DNA of 64,000 nucleotides from the NCBI GenBank assembly GCA_038245515.1, contig JBBRSJ010000003.1:25921-89920 (forward strand), given 5' to 3'. The position numbers and the translations under genes are program-made. The notes under the pieces were generated by a model. It searched no databases, was not told the DNA's origin, and worked only from the letters and a program-made list of their open reading frames with translations. The DNA is from Candidatus Limnocylindrales bacterium. Lineage in GTDB: Bacteria; Chloroflexota; Limnocylindria; Limnocylindrales; CSP1-4. Every line of letters starts with the position of its first letter. Within the stretch, counting starts at the first letter, position 1. Positions 11,650 through 19,610 of the stretch are shown in pieces.

Positions 11650-13059
11650 CTACCGCCCGATGAACAGGTGCACCGATGGGGCCACGGCGCCGAGGAGCAG
11701 GACCACGGCGTACCCGGCCAGCAGCAGCAACCCGGCGTACAAGTGGACCTTCACGTTGACGCCCATGATCGCCATGAGGCCGTACGGGTTGTCGTAGTTC
11801 GGCTCGAGGCCGCGCGACACCTGGAGCGCCAGCGGGATCGTGATCAGGGCGAGCAGCACCGGGATCGGCAGCAGCCCGACCGCGACACCGAGGACGAGGA
11901 TGGCGTAGGCCGCGATCGCCGCTGCGCGATAGCCGCCGATGACCGTCGCCTTCGACAGCCGGACCGGGAGCGTCCGCTTGCCGGCTCGGGCGTCGCCGCG
12001 CCGATCCGGAATCTCATTGACGTACAGGATCAGCATCACGAGGAGCGCGATCGGCAGCGAGGCCACGAACGGCTCCCACGACAGCGCGCCGCGACTCTGC
12101 ACGACATACGCGCCGAGCAGCATCAGCGGGCCGAAGCCGACGGCCACGGCGATCTCGCCGAGCCCGCGATAGACGAACTTCAGGGGCGGCGCGGTGTAGC
12201 CGATCGAGACCACGAAGCCGGCGACACCGATGACGAGCAGCTCGGGCGAGCCACGGAGCGCCAGCAGGAGCAGGCCGATGATCCCGGCGGCGACGTAGAA
12301 GATCGTCGCGAGGCCGGCCATCTGGCGGAACGACACGAGCCCGTACTGGATGACCCGCGAGCCGCCGCTGAATTGAGTCGGGGTAACGTTCGCGTCGTCC
12401 GCTCCCGAAGCTGTGTCGAACACGTCGTTCGCGACGTTCAGCCCGAGCTGGACGAAGGCAGCGCCGATCACCGTCAGGATTGCCGTCGGCAGGTCGAAGA
12501 ATCCCTGGCGGGCGGCGATGACGATGCCGAGCACGACCGGCACGATCGTCGCCGAGAGGAACGGCAGGCGCGTCGTCCGCAGCGCGAGCCAGCCGAACGA
12601 GAGCTTCGGCTTGACCGGCGTCCCGCGTTCGACCGACAGGGCGTCGAAGTACTTCTTCGACTGGCCCAGCGAGCGCTCCGAGTACTCGAAGAACGGGACC
12701 TCGGCCTCGTCCCAGCCCCAAGCGCGCGCGGCCTCGAACGTGATCCGGTCGCCGTCCGTCGCCGCGCGGCCCCAGACCGTGACGTGGCGCCGCTCGTCGT
12801 AGCCGTAGCCCGGTTGCGGCCGGATATGGGAGCCGGTGAGGCTGATGTCGACGCCGGCGGGAACCGCGAGCCCGGCGGGCGCGGCGAAGGTCACAAAGGA
12901 TGCGGCGGGGTCCACGACGGCATCGACCGCGACGCTGACCGGATAGCCGTCGGCGTCGACCCAGGTCAGGATCGCGTACGGGTACGACGCGAGCTTGTCG
13001 AGGCCCTGGCGGACATCGAGACTGGGCGTACGAGGCGTGGCTTCGGAGGTGGCGACCAT
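11650..13059 (-). CDS. fusion protein: N-terminal PNPOx-like split-barrel domain + MenA/UbiA-family polyprenyltransferase
   Basis: Start is at ATG 13059 (MVATSEATP..). The first ~130 aa resemble the upstream PNPOx-like protein (ILTWVDADGYPVSVAV vs LTVVDSTGHPVTYPLI). The rest is polytopic, with NVANDVFDTASGADD (NDxxDxxxGxD-like) and YVNEIPDRRGDARAGKRTLPVRL motifs typical of MenA-type prenyltransferases. Confidence 0.75.
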   Translation of the reverse strand: MVATSEATPRTPSLDVRQGLDKLASYPYAILTWVDADGYPVSVAVDAVVDPAASFVTFAAPAGLAVPAGVDISLTGSHIRPQPGYGYDERRHVTVWGRAATDGDRITFEAARAWGWDEAEVPFFEYSERSLGQSKKYFDALSVERGTPVKPKLSFGWLALRTTRLPFLSATIVPVVLGIVIAARQGFFDLPTAILTVIGAAFVQLGLNVANDVFDTASGADDANVTPTQFSGGSRVIQYGLVSFRQMAGLATIFYVAAGIIGLLLLALRGSPELLVIGVAGFVVSIGYTAPPLKFVYRGLGEIAVAVGFGPLMLLGAYVVQSRGALSWEPFVASLPIALLVMLILYVNEIPDRRGDARAGKRTLPVRLSKATVIGGYRAAAIAAYAILVLGVAVGLLPIPVLLALITIPLALQVSRGLEPNYDNPYGLMAIMGVNVKVHLYAGLLLLAGYAVVLLLGAVAPSVHLFIGR

Positions 13060-13541
13060 CACGCGGCCGCCTTCCCGGCGTCGGCGACGACCGGGGCCGT
13101 CGCCGCGCTGCCGTCTGCCCAGTAAAGGGATCGACGCGGCGTGATCTCGATCAGCGCCCGTTCGAAGAACAGCGGCAGTGCCACCCGGGCCTTGAGGAAG
13201 TAGACGATCGACGGCTCCTTCTTCTCCCAGATCGGGAGGAGTCGCTCCCAGCCACCGTGGGGATCCTCCTCGATCACCCGGGCGTCGCCCTGGATCGTCG
13301 CCCGATCGGTCCGGCCGCCGATCGCGACCGGATCCGTGATCGAAAGGGATACCTTCGGGTTGGCCTTGATGTGCTCGAGCTTGCGTGAGAAGAGCGTCGA
13401 CGATGTCAGGTAGATCTTCTCGCCGTCGTAGAGCGGGATCAGCGGGTAGGTCACCGGGTGACCGGTCGAATCGACGACGGTCAGCTCGCCGACGAGGGCC
13501 GCGTCGAGCAGCTGCTCGATGGGTTCGGGAAGGGTGCTCAT
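13059..13541 (-). CDS. pyridoxamine 5'-phosphate oxidase-like (split beta-barrel flavin/deazaflavin-binding) protein
   Basis: 160 aa. A PNPOx-like pattern is present (GELTVVDSTGHPVTYPLIPLYDGEKIYLTSS..KLEHIKANPKVSLSI). An AAGGAG SD lies upstream, and the stop overlaps the ATG of the fusion gene by 1 nt. Confidence 0.7.
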   Translation of the reverse strand: MSTLPEPIEQLLDAALVGELTVVDSTGHPVTYPLIPLYDGEKIYLTSSTLFSRKLEHIKANPKVSLSITDPVAIGGRTDRATIQGDARVIEEDPHGGWERLLPIWEKKEPSIVYFLKARVALPLFFERALIEITPRRSLYWADGSAATAPVVADAGKAAA

Positions 13542-13568
13542 GCGCGTGGCTCCTTGGCCGCATTCTTT

Positions 13569-13588
13569 ATGCTACCGGAAACTAGCAT
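13569..13588. promoter_or_regulatory. palindrome ATGCTA-N8-TAGCAT in an AT-richer divergent spacer (back-to-back -10 boxes and/or operator)
   Basis: Perfect 6-bp inverted repeat. TAGCAT is also the -10 hexamer of the hrcA promoter. On the minus strand, TAGCAT lies 28 nt upstream of the PNPOx ATG with AAGGAG in between. Confidence 0.45.
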
Positions 13589-13670
13589 GTTTTGAGTGCG
13601 GCTGCAAGGTCAGGCGGGTGCCGCGCACGTGACAGCTCCCGGCGACCTCGTCGGGTACCATCGCCAGCCC

Positions 13671-14618
13671 ATGCCCGACCCGTCCGCCTCTCCCGATTCC
13701 GCGCTCATCCGCGCCCGCGGCCTGACCAAGCGGTTCGGCGATTTCGTGGCCGTCGACGGCGTCGACTTCTCCGTCGCGAAGGGCGAATCGTTCGGCTTCC
13801 TCGGGCCGAACGGCGCGGGCAAGACCTCGACGATGCGAATGATCGGCTGTGTCTCGCCGATCAGCGACGGCGAGCTCCAGGTCCTCGGCCAGGACCCGGG
13901 CACGGACGGCCCGCGGATCCGGAGCCGGATCGGCGTGGTGCCCCAGCAGGACACTCTCGACACCGAGCTGACGGTCCGCGAGAACCTCGTGATCTATGGT
14001 CGCTACTTCGGCCTGTCGCGGACCGAGTGCGGCAAGCGCGCCGACGAGCTGCTCGATTTCGCTCAGTTGACCGAGCGCGCGAACGACCAGGTCGAGCCCC
14101 TGTCGGGCGGGATGAAGCGGCGCCTGACGATCGCCCGGGCCCTGATCAACGAGCCGGACCTGCTCCTCCTTGACGAGCCGACGACCGGCCTCGACCCGCA
14201 GGCCCGGCACCTCCTCTGGGATCGGTTGTACCGGCTCAAGCAGCGCGGCGTGACCCTCGTCCTGACGACTCACTACATGGATGAGGCCGAGCAGCTATGC
14301 GACCGGCTCGTCGTCATGGACAAGGCGAAGATCGTCGCCGAGGGATCGCCGCGCGAGCTGATCGAGCGGTACTCGACCCGCGAGGTCACCGAGCTCCGCT
14401 TCCCGGTCGGCGTCCAGGAGACGCTCGACGGGCAGCTCGACGGCCTCGCCGAGCGGATCGAGCTCCTGCCCGACCGCGTCCTCCTCTATGCCGATGACGG
14501 CGAGGCGGCCGTGGTCGCCGCCCACGATCGCGGCCTCCGCCCCGAGACGGTCCTCGTCCGCCGCTCGAGCCTCGAGGACGTCTTCCTTCGGCTGACCGGC
14601 CGCTCGCTGATCGAGTAG
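13671..14618 (+). CDS. ABC transporter ATP-binding protein (ABC-2/DrrA/NodI-like exporter ATPase)
   Basis: Walker A GPNGAGKTST, signature LSGGMKRRL and Walker B LLLLDEPTTGLD are present, with a C-terminal ..LEDVFLRLTG domain. The start is set at ATG 13671. Confidence 0.9.
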   Translation: MPDPSASPDSALIRARGLTKRFGDFVAVDGVDFSVAKGESFGFLGPNGAGKTSTMRMIGCVSPISDGELQVLGQDPGTDGPRIRSRIGVVPQQDTLDTELTVRENLVIYGRYFGLSRTECGKRADELLDFAQLTERANDQVEPLSGGMKRRLTIARALINEPDLLLLDEPTTGLDPQARHLLWDRLYRLKQRGVTLVLTTHYMDEAEQLCDRLVVMDKAKIVAEGSPRELIERYSTREVTELRFPVGVQETLDGQLDGLAERIELLPDRVLLYADDGEAAVVAAHDRGLRPETVLVRRSSLEDVFLRLTGRSLIE

Positions 14619-14622
14619 CGCG

Positions 14623-15408
14623 ATGGCCATGATGTCCCGGGTCGTTGAGCTCCGGGCGATGCAGTATCGGCGGACGTTCCGGGCGTCGATCTTCTCGTCG
14701 TTCCTCAACCCGGTGCTGTTCCTGCTCGCGATGGGTGTCGGGCTCGGAACGTACGTCGACAAGTCGGGGACGGCGACGGCCGCGCTCGGCGGGCTGACCT
14801 ATCTCCAGTTCCTCGCCCCGGGCCTGCTGGCGGCGACCACGATGCAGGCAGCCGCCTTCGAGTCGACCTTCCCGATCATGGGCGGGCTGGTCTGGCAGAA
14901 GGTCTTCCACGCGATGTACGCGACGCCAATCTCGCCGCGCGACATCGTCGTCGGCAATCTCGTCTGGATCGCGTTCCGGCTGACCATGATCGCGACGATC
15001 TTCACGGTCGTCATGGCGTTGTTCGGGGCGGCGGCCTCGCCCCTGATCGTGCTCGGCATTCCGGCCGCGGTCCTGTCCGGGATGGCGTTCGCGGCACCGA
15101 TCGCCGCGTTCTCGGCCACCCAGCGGACGCCTGCGAAGTTCAATGCGATCTTCCGCTTCGGGATCACTCCGCTGTTCCTCTTCTCCGGCACGTTCTTCCC
15201 CATCTCCAACCTGCCGATCGTCATCCAGCCGATCGCCTGGCTTTCGCCGCTGTGGCACGGGGTCGAGCTGACTCGCGGTCTCGCTCTCGGAACGATCGCG
15301 AGGACGCCGGGCCTCGCTCTCGTTCATGTCGCGGTCTTGACGGCGATTCTCGTCCTCGGCTCGGTCTGGGCGTTCCGCACTGTCGAAGCCCGGCTGGTCC
15401 GCGGATGA
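14623..15408 (+). CDS. ABC-2 type transporter permease
   Basis: 261 aa, about 6 TM segments, directly after the ATPase. Paralogous to the next gene. Confidence 0.8.
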   Translation: MAMMSRVVELRAMQYRRTFRASIFSSFLNPVLFLLAMGVGLGTYVDKSGTATAALGGLTYLQFLAPGLLAATTMQAAAFESTFPIMGGLVWQKVFHAMYATPISPRDIVVGNLVWIAFRLTMIATIFTVVMALFGAAASPLIVLGIPAAVLSGMAFAAPIAAFSATQRTPAKFNAIFRFGITPLFLFSGTFFPISNLPIVIQPIAWLSPLWHGVELTRGLALGTIARTPGLALVHVAVLTAILVLGSVWAFRTVEARLVRG

Positions 15409-16211
15409 CCGCGTCGTCGCTGCCGCTCTGGTCGCTGTTCACGCTCGGCAGCCGCCGGGCGCGCTTCCTCGTCGAGCGCAACGTCTACGTCTACCGCCAC
15501 AGCTGGTTGATGCTGTTGTCGGGCTTCTTCGAGCCGCTGTTCTATCTCGGCTCGATCGGGTTCGGACTCGGCGCGCTCGTCGGGACGGTGACCGGGCCGG
15601 GCGGCCAGCCGATCTCGTACCAGCTGTTCGTCGCGCCGGCACTCCTCGCGAGCGCCGCAATGAACGGCGCAATCACCGAGGGCACGTTCAACTTCTTCTT
15701 CAAGCTCCGCTACAACAAGACGTTCGACGCGATCCTCGCGACGCCGCTGTCGGCTGGCGACATCGCCGTCGGCGAGCTCGTCTGGGCACTGATCCGGGGC
15801 GGGATCTACGCGATGGCGTTCCTGATCGTGATGCTCCTGCTGGGGTTGGTCGTCTCGCCATGGGTGGTGCTCACGGTGCCGGCCGCGCTGCTGATCGGGT
15901 TCGCGTTCGGCGGCGTCGCGATGGCCGCCACCTCGTTCATGCGGACCTGGCAGGACTTCGACCTGATCCAGCTCGTGATCCTGCCGATGTTCCTGTTCTC
16001 CGGCACGTTCTACCCCATCGACGCCTATCCGGAAGCGATCCGGGTCGTGGTCCAACTGACGCCGCTCTACCAGGGCGTCGACCTTCTGCGATCACTCGCC
16101 GTCGGTCATCTCGATGGCGTGCTGTTCTTCCACGTGGCATACCTCGCGATCATGGGGATCGTTGGGCTGTGGGTCGTGTCGCGCCGGCTCGACAAGCTCC
16201 TGCTCAAGTAG
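15405..16211 (+). CDS. ABC-2 type transporter permease (second paralog)
   Basis: The start ATG 15405 overlaps the upstream stop (ATGA). About 268 aa, polytopic. It ends ..LYQGVDLLRSL, similar to ..LWHGVELTRGL in the first permease. Confidence 0.8.
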   Translation: MTASSLPLWSLFTLGSRRARFLVERNVYVYRHSWLMLLSGFFEPLFYLGSIGFGLGALVGTVTGPGGQPISYQLFVAPALLASAAMNGAITEGTFNFFFKLRYNKTFDAILATPLSAGDIAVGELVWALIRGGIYAMAFLIVMLLLGLVVSPWVVLTVPAALLIGFAFGGVAMAATSFMRTWQDFDLIQLVILPMFLFSGTFYPIDAYPEAIRVVVQLTPLYQGVDLLRSLAVGHLDGVLFFHVAYLAIMGIVGLWVVSRRLDKLLLK

Positions 16212-16220
16212 GGTTCGAGG

Positions 16221-16916
16221 GTGGATCGCGCCGCCGCTATCGCCGAGCTGACCGCCGAGATCGTGGCCTGCCGGGCATGCCCGCGGCTCGTGGCGTGGCG
16301 CGAGCTCGTCGCGCGGGAGAAGGTCGCCCGCTTCCGCGACGAGCCGTACTGGGGCAGGCCGGTGCCGGGCTTCGGGGACCCGGCGGCGCGGATCCTGATC
16401 GTCGGACTGGCGCCGGCCGCCCACGGTGGCAACCGGACCGGCCGCGTGTTCACCGGCGACGCATCGGGCGACTTCCTGTTCGAGGCGATGAACGCGGCGG
16501 GGCTCGCGAACCAGGCGGTCGGGCGCCGGCTCGACGACGGACTCGCGCTCCACGACGCGCACATCGCGGCGGCCGTCCGATGTGCGCCACCAGCCAACAA
16601 GCCGACCCCAGAGGAGCGCGCAGAGTGTCAGCCGTATCTCGTCCGCGAGCTCAGGCTGCTCGGCGACGTCCGGGTGCTGGTCGCGCTCGGGGCGATCGCG
16701 TGGGAGTCGGCGTTCCGGGTGATCGCGGTGCTGACCGGCGATGACGCGCGGCCGCGGCCGAAGTTCGGGCACGGGGCGGTGGCGCGCGCCGGTGGCTACG
16801 TCGTCGTCGCCTCCTACCACCCGAGCCAGCAGAACACGTTCACCGGCAAGTTGACCCAGCCGATGCTCCAGGAGGTCCTGGGTCGGGCCAGGGACCTTGC
16901 CGGCGCCCCGGGCTGA
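16221..16916 (+). CDS. uracil-DNA glycosylase, family 4/5 (UdgB-like, Fe-S type)
   Basis: CRACPRL Fe-S cysteines are present. Motif A is GLAPAAHGGNRTGRVFTGDASGDFLF, where GLAP is the family-5 flavour rather than GEAPG. A later ..CAPPANKPTPEERAECQPYL is also present. Confidence 0.8.
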   Translation: MDRAAAIAELTAEIVACRACPRLVAWRELVAREKVARFRDEPYWGRPVPGFGDPAARILIVGLAPAAHGGNRTGRVFTGDASGDFLFEAMNAAGLANQAVGRRLDDGLALHDAHIAAAVRCAPPANKPTPEERAECQPYLVRELRLLGDVRVLVALGAIAWESAFRVIAVLTGDDARPRPKFGHGAVARAGGYVVVASYHPSQQNTFTGKLTQPMLQEVLGRARDLAGAPG

Positions 16917-16997
16917 CGCGCCGAGGAGCGGGAGTTGCCTCGCGGCCATGCCCATGGCCACCCGACCGGGCGCCCTCCCGTAGACTTCGCCGCGCAG

Positions 16998-18122
16998 ATG
17001 GCAACCGAGCTCGACTACTACATCGTGCTCGGCGTTGAGCGGACCGCGACCGACGCCGAGATCAAGAAGGCCTTCCGCCGCCTCGCCCAACAGTGGCACC
17101 CGGACGTGAACACAGATCCGGGAGCGCAGGCGCGGTTCAAGGAGATCAACGAGGCCTACCAGGTCCTGTCCGATCCACAGCGGAAGCAGGCCTACGACAT
17201 GTTCGGCCGGGCCGGCCTCGGTGGCGATAGCGGCGGCCCCGGATTCGACCCGAATGCCTTCGGCTCGTTCAGCGACATCTTCGACGCGTTCTTCGGCGGT
17301 GCCACGGCCGGTGCCGCGCGGCGTGGCCACCCCACGGCCGGCTCCGATCTGCGCTACGACCTCCGGATCTCGTTCGAGGAGGCCGTCAAGGGCACCGAGA
17401 AGGAGATCGAGTTCCCGGTCTATGGGACGTGTGAGACCTGCCACGGCAACGGCGCCGCGCCCGGCACCGAGCCGGTCGTCTGCGACAACTGCGGCGGCCG
17501 CGGCGAGATCCGGACCACGCGCCGGACGATGCTCGGCCAGATGGTCAATGTCAGCGCCTGTCCGAAGTGCCACGGCGAGGGCAAGCTCGTGGGCGAGCCC
17601 TGCCCGACCTGCCACGGCGAGGGCCGGACCGAGCGGAAGCGGACGCTCCGGGTCACGATCCCGGCCGGGATCGACGAGGGCCACCAGATCCGGCTCTCGA
17701 ATGAGGGCGAGGTCGGCGTCCGGGGTGGCCCGGCGGGCTCACTGTACGTAGCGGTCCACGTCACGCCTCACCCCCATCTCCGCCGCGAGGGCACCGAGCT
17801 GATCTACGAGGCCGACGTCTCGATCGTTCAGGCAGCGCTCGGGACGACGATCGCGGTGCCCGCGGTCGACGGCGACGAGCAGGTCGAGATCAAGGCCGGG
17901 ACCCAGCCCGGTGCCGAGATCCGGCTGCGCGGCCGCGGTGTGCCGCACGTCCGCCGGACCGGATCGAAGGGTGATCTCCACGTCTTCGTCAACGTCATCG
18001 TCCCCTCGAAGCTGTCGAAGCGGCAGCGCGAGCTCCTCGCGGAGTACGCGGTCGAGTCGGGCGAGGTCGTCGCGATCGGGCATGGCGGGATCCTCGACAA
18101 GGTCCGCGACGCGCTTGGCTAA
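16998..18122 (+). CDS. dnaJ: molecular chaperone DnaJ
   Basis: J-domain DYYIVLGV..KKAFRRLAQQWHPDVN, a G/F region and four CxxCxGxG zinc motifs. The start is at ATG 16998. Confidence 0.96.
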   Translation: MATELDYYIVLGVERTATDAEIKKAFRRLAQQWHPDVNTDPGAQARFKEINEAYQVLSDPQRKQAYDMFGRAGLGGDSGGPGFDPNAFGSFSDIFDAFFGGATAGAARRGHPTAGSDLRYDLRISFEEAVKGTEKEIEFPVYGTCETCHGNGAAPGTEPVVCDNCGGRGEIRTTRRTMLGQMVNVSACPKCHGEGKLVGEPCPTCHGEGRTERKRTLRVTIPAGIDEGHQIRLSNEGEVGVRGGPAGSLYVAVHVTPHPHLRREGTELIYEADVSIVQAALGTTIAVPAVDGDEQVEIKAGTQPGAEIRLRGRGVPHVRRTGSKGDLHVFVNVIVPSKLSKRQRELLAEYAVESGEVVAIGHGGILDKVRDALG

Positions 18123-18135
18123 GCGAGGCTTCTGG

Positions 18136-19089
18136 GTGTCCGATGGCGCCGTCGGGCGGACCGAACCGGGCGCCTGGCTCGAGCTCGCGATCGAGGCAGA
18201 CGTGGAGGCGGTCGAGGCCGTGTCGGAGATCCTCGGCCGATTCGCGCCCGGCGGGACGAGTGTCGAGCCGGCCTTCGTGCTGGTCGATGAGGGCCTCGGC
18301 GCCCGGATCGATCCCACCCGCCCCTCGATCGTCCGCGCCTACGTCCCGGCCCGCGACCCGGTCGCGGCCGAGCGCGCCGCAACGGACGCGCGGGAGGCGC
18401 TCGGTCATCTCCAGGCGTTCGGCCTCCGCCCGATCGGCGAGCTGACCACCCGGATCGTCCACGAGGCCGACTGGGCCGAGGCGTGGAAGGCGCACTTTCC
18501 GGTCCTCCGCGTCGGCCGCCGGATCGTGATCAAGCCGACCTGGCGCGACCACAGCGCCGCCCCGGAGGACGCGATCCTCGACCTCGATCCGGGGATGGCG
18601 TTCGGGACCGGTCTCCATCCGACGACCCGGCTGTGCCTCGCGGGGATCGAGGCAGTCGCCGATCGCGGGCTCCTCGACGGCGCCCGTGTCCTCGATGTCG
18701 GTTGCGGCTCCGGGATCCTCGCGATCGCCGCGGCGAAGCTTGGGGCGACCTCGGTCCTCGGCGTCGACACGGATCCGATCGCCGTCGAGGCGACTGACGC
18801 AAACGCGGCGCGCAACGGCCTCGCGAAGCGGATCGCGGCGCGGGCCGGCAGCCTTCCCACGGGCGAGCCCGCGTTCGACGTCGTGCTCGCCAACCTGATC
18901 GCGTCAGTCCTCGTCGTGCTCGCCACGCCGCTCTGCGACGAGTTGCGGCCGGGCGGTACGCTCCTCGCGTCGGGGATCTTCGTCGACCGCGAGGACGAGG
19001 TCCGGGCGGCGTTCGCCACCGTTGGTCTCGAGGTCGCCGAGCGCACGGCAGAAGGCGACTGGGTGGCCCTCGAGGCGCACCGCGCCTGA
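18136..19089 (+). CDS. prmA: ribosomal protein L11 methyltransferase
   Basis: DPGMAFGTGLHPTTRLCL and VLDVGCGSGILAIAAAKLGA are PrmA/SAM-MTase motifs. The start is set at in-frame GTG 18136. Confidence 0.88.
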   Translation: MSDGAVGRTEPGAWLELAIEADVEAVEAVSEILGRFAPGGTSVEPAFVLVDEGLGARIDPTRPSIVRAYVPARDPVAAERAATDAREALGHLQAFGLRPIGELTTRIVHEADWAEAWKAHFPVLRVGRRIVIKPTWRDHSAAPEDAILDLDPGMAFGTGLHPTTRLCLAGIEAVADRGLLDGARVLDVGCGSGILAIAAAKLGATSVLGVDTDPIAVEATDANAARNGLAKRIAARAGSLPTGEPAFDVVLANLIASVLVVLATPLCDELRPGGTLLASGIFVDREDEVRAAFATVGLEVAERTAEGDWVALEAHRA

Positions 19090-19138
19090 ACGGCCGGCCG
19101 ACCGGATCGTGGCGGCGCCCGTCCTACAATCGAGTGGC

Positions 19139-19597
19139 ATGCCCGCGTATCTCCCGCTCCTGCTCGTGACGCACATCGTGCTCGCCGTCGGCCTGTTCCT
19201 GCCCTCGATCCTGCTGCCGTTCGCGCTCCGGACGCGCCGGGCAGCCGCCGAGAGCCCCAATGGCGTCGTCCGGTTCCTGCTCTGGATGCAGGCCAATGGG
19301 ACGCTCGCGATCGGGATCGGCCTGGCGCTGACCGGAACCGCGCTCGTCCTGACCTTGGGCGCGTCGCTGATCGGCCAACCGTGGCTCCTGCTCGCGCTCG
19401 GGATCTACGCGGCGAACCTCCTGCTCGCGTTCTTCGTGCAGCGCCCGAACCTGCGCCGGCTCGTCGGGGTCCGGGCCGCGGCCGACGATCGGGTCTGGCT
19501 CGAGCGGGCGAAGCGCCAGCGCTACGTCAGCTACGCGATGGCCGCCCTCGTCGGTACGATCGGGTTTCTGATGAGCACGAAGCCGCAGCTGTGGTGA
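19139..19597 (+). CDS. small integral membrane protein (DUF2269-like)
   Basis: MPAYLPLLLVTHIVLAVGLF.., with about 4 TM segments over 152 aa. It occupies the position where Bacillus has rsmE. Confidence 0.55.
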   Translation: MPAYLPLLLVTHIVLAVGLFLPSILLPFALRTRRAAAESPNGVVRFLLWMQANGTLAIGIGLALTGTALVLTLGASLIGQPWLLLALGIYAANLLLAFFVQRPNLRRLVGVRAAADDRVWLERAKRQRYVSYAMAALVGTIGFLMSTKPQLW

Positions 19598-19610
19598 GGC
19601 GAGTGACCTG

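Noticed and set aside
13060-13563. 168-aa N-terminal extension of the prenyltransferase ORF (637-aa track ORF).
   Set aside because: It overlaps the PNPOx-like gene in another frame and is R/P/G-rich. ATG 13059 gives a sensible PNPOx-like N-terminus and a 1-nt stop/start overlap.
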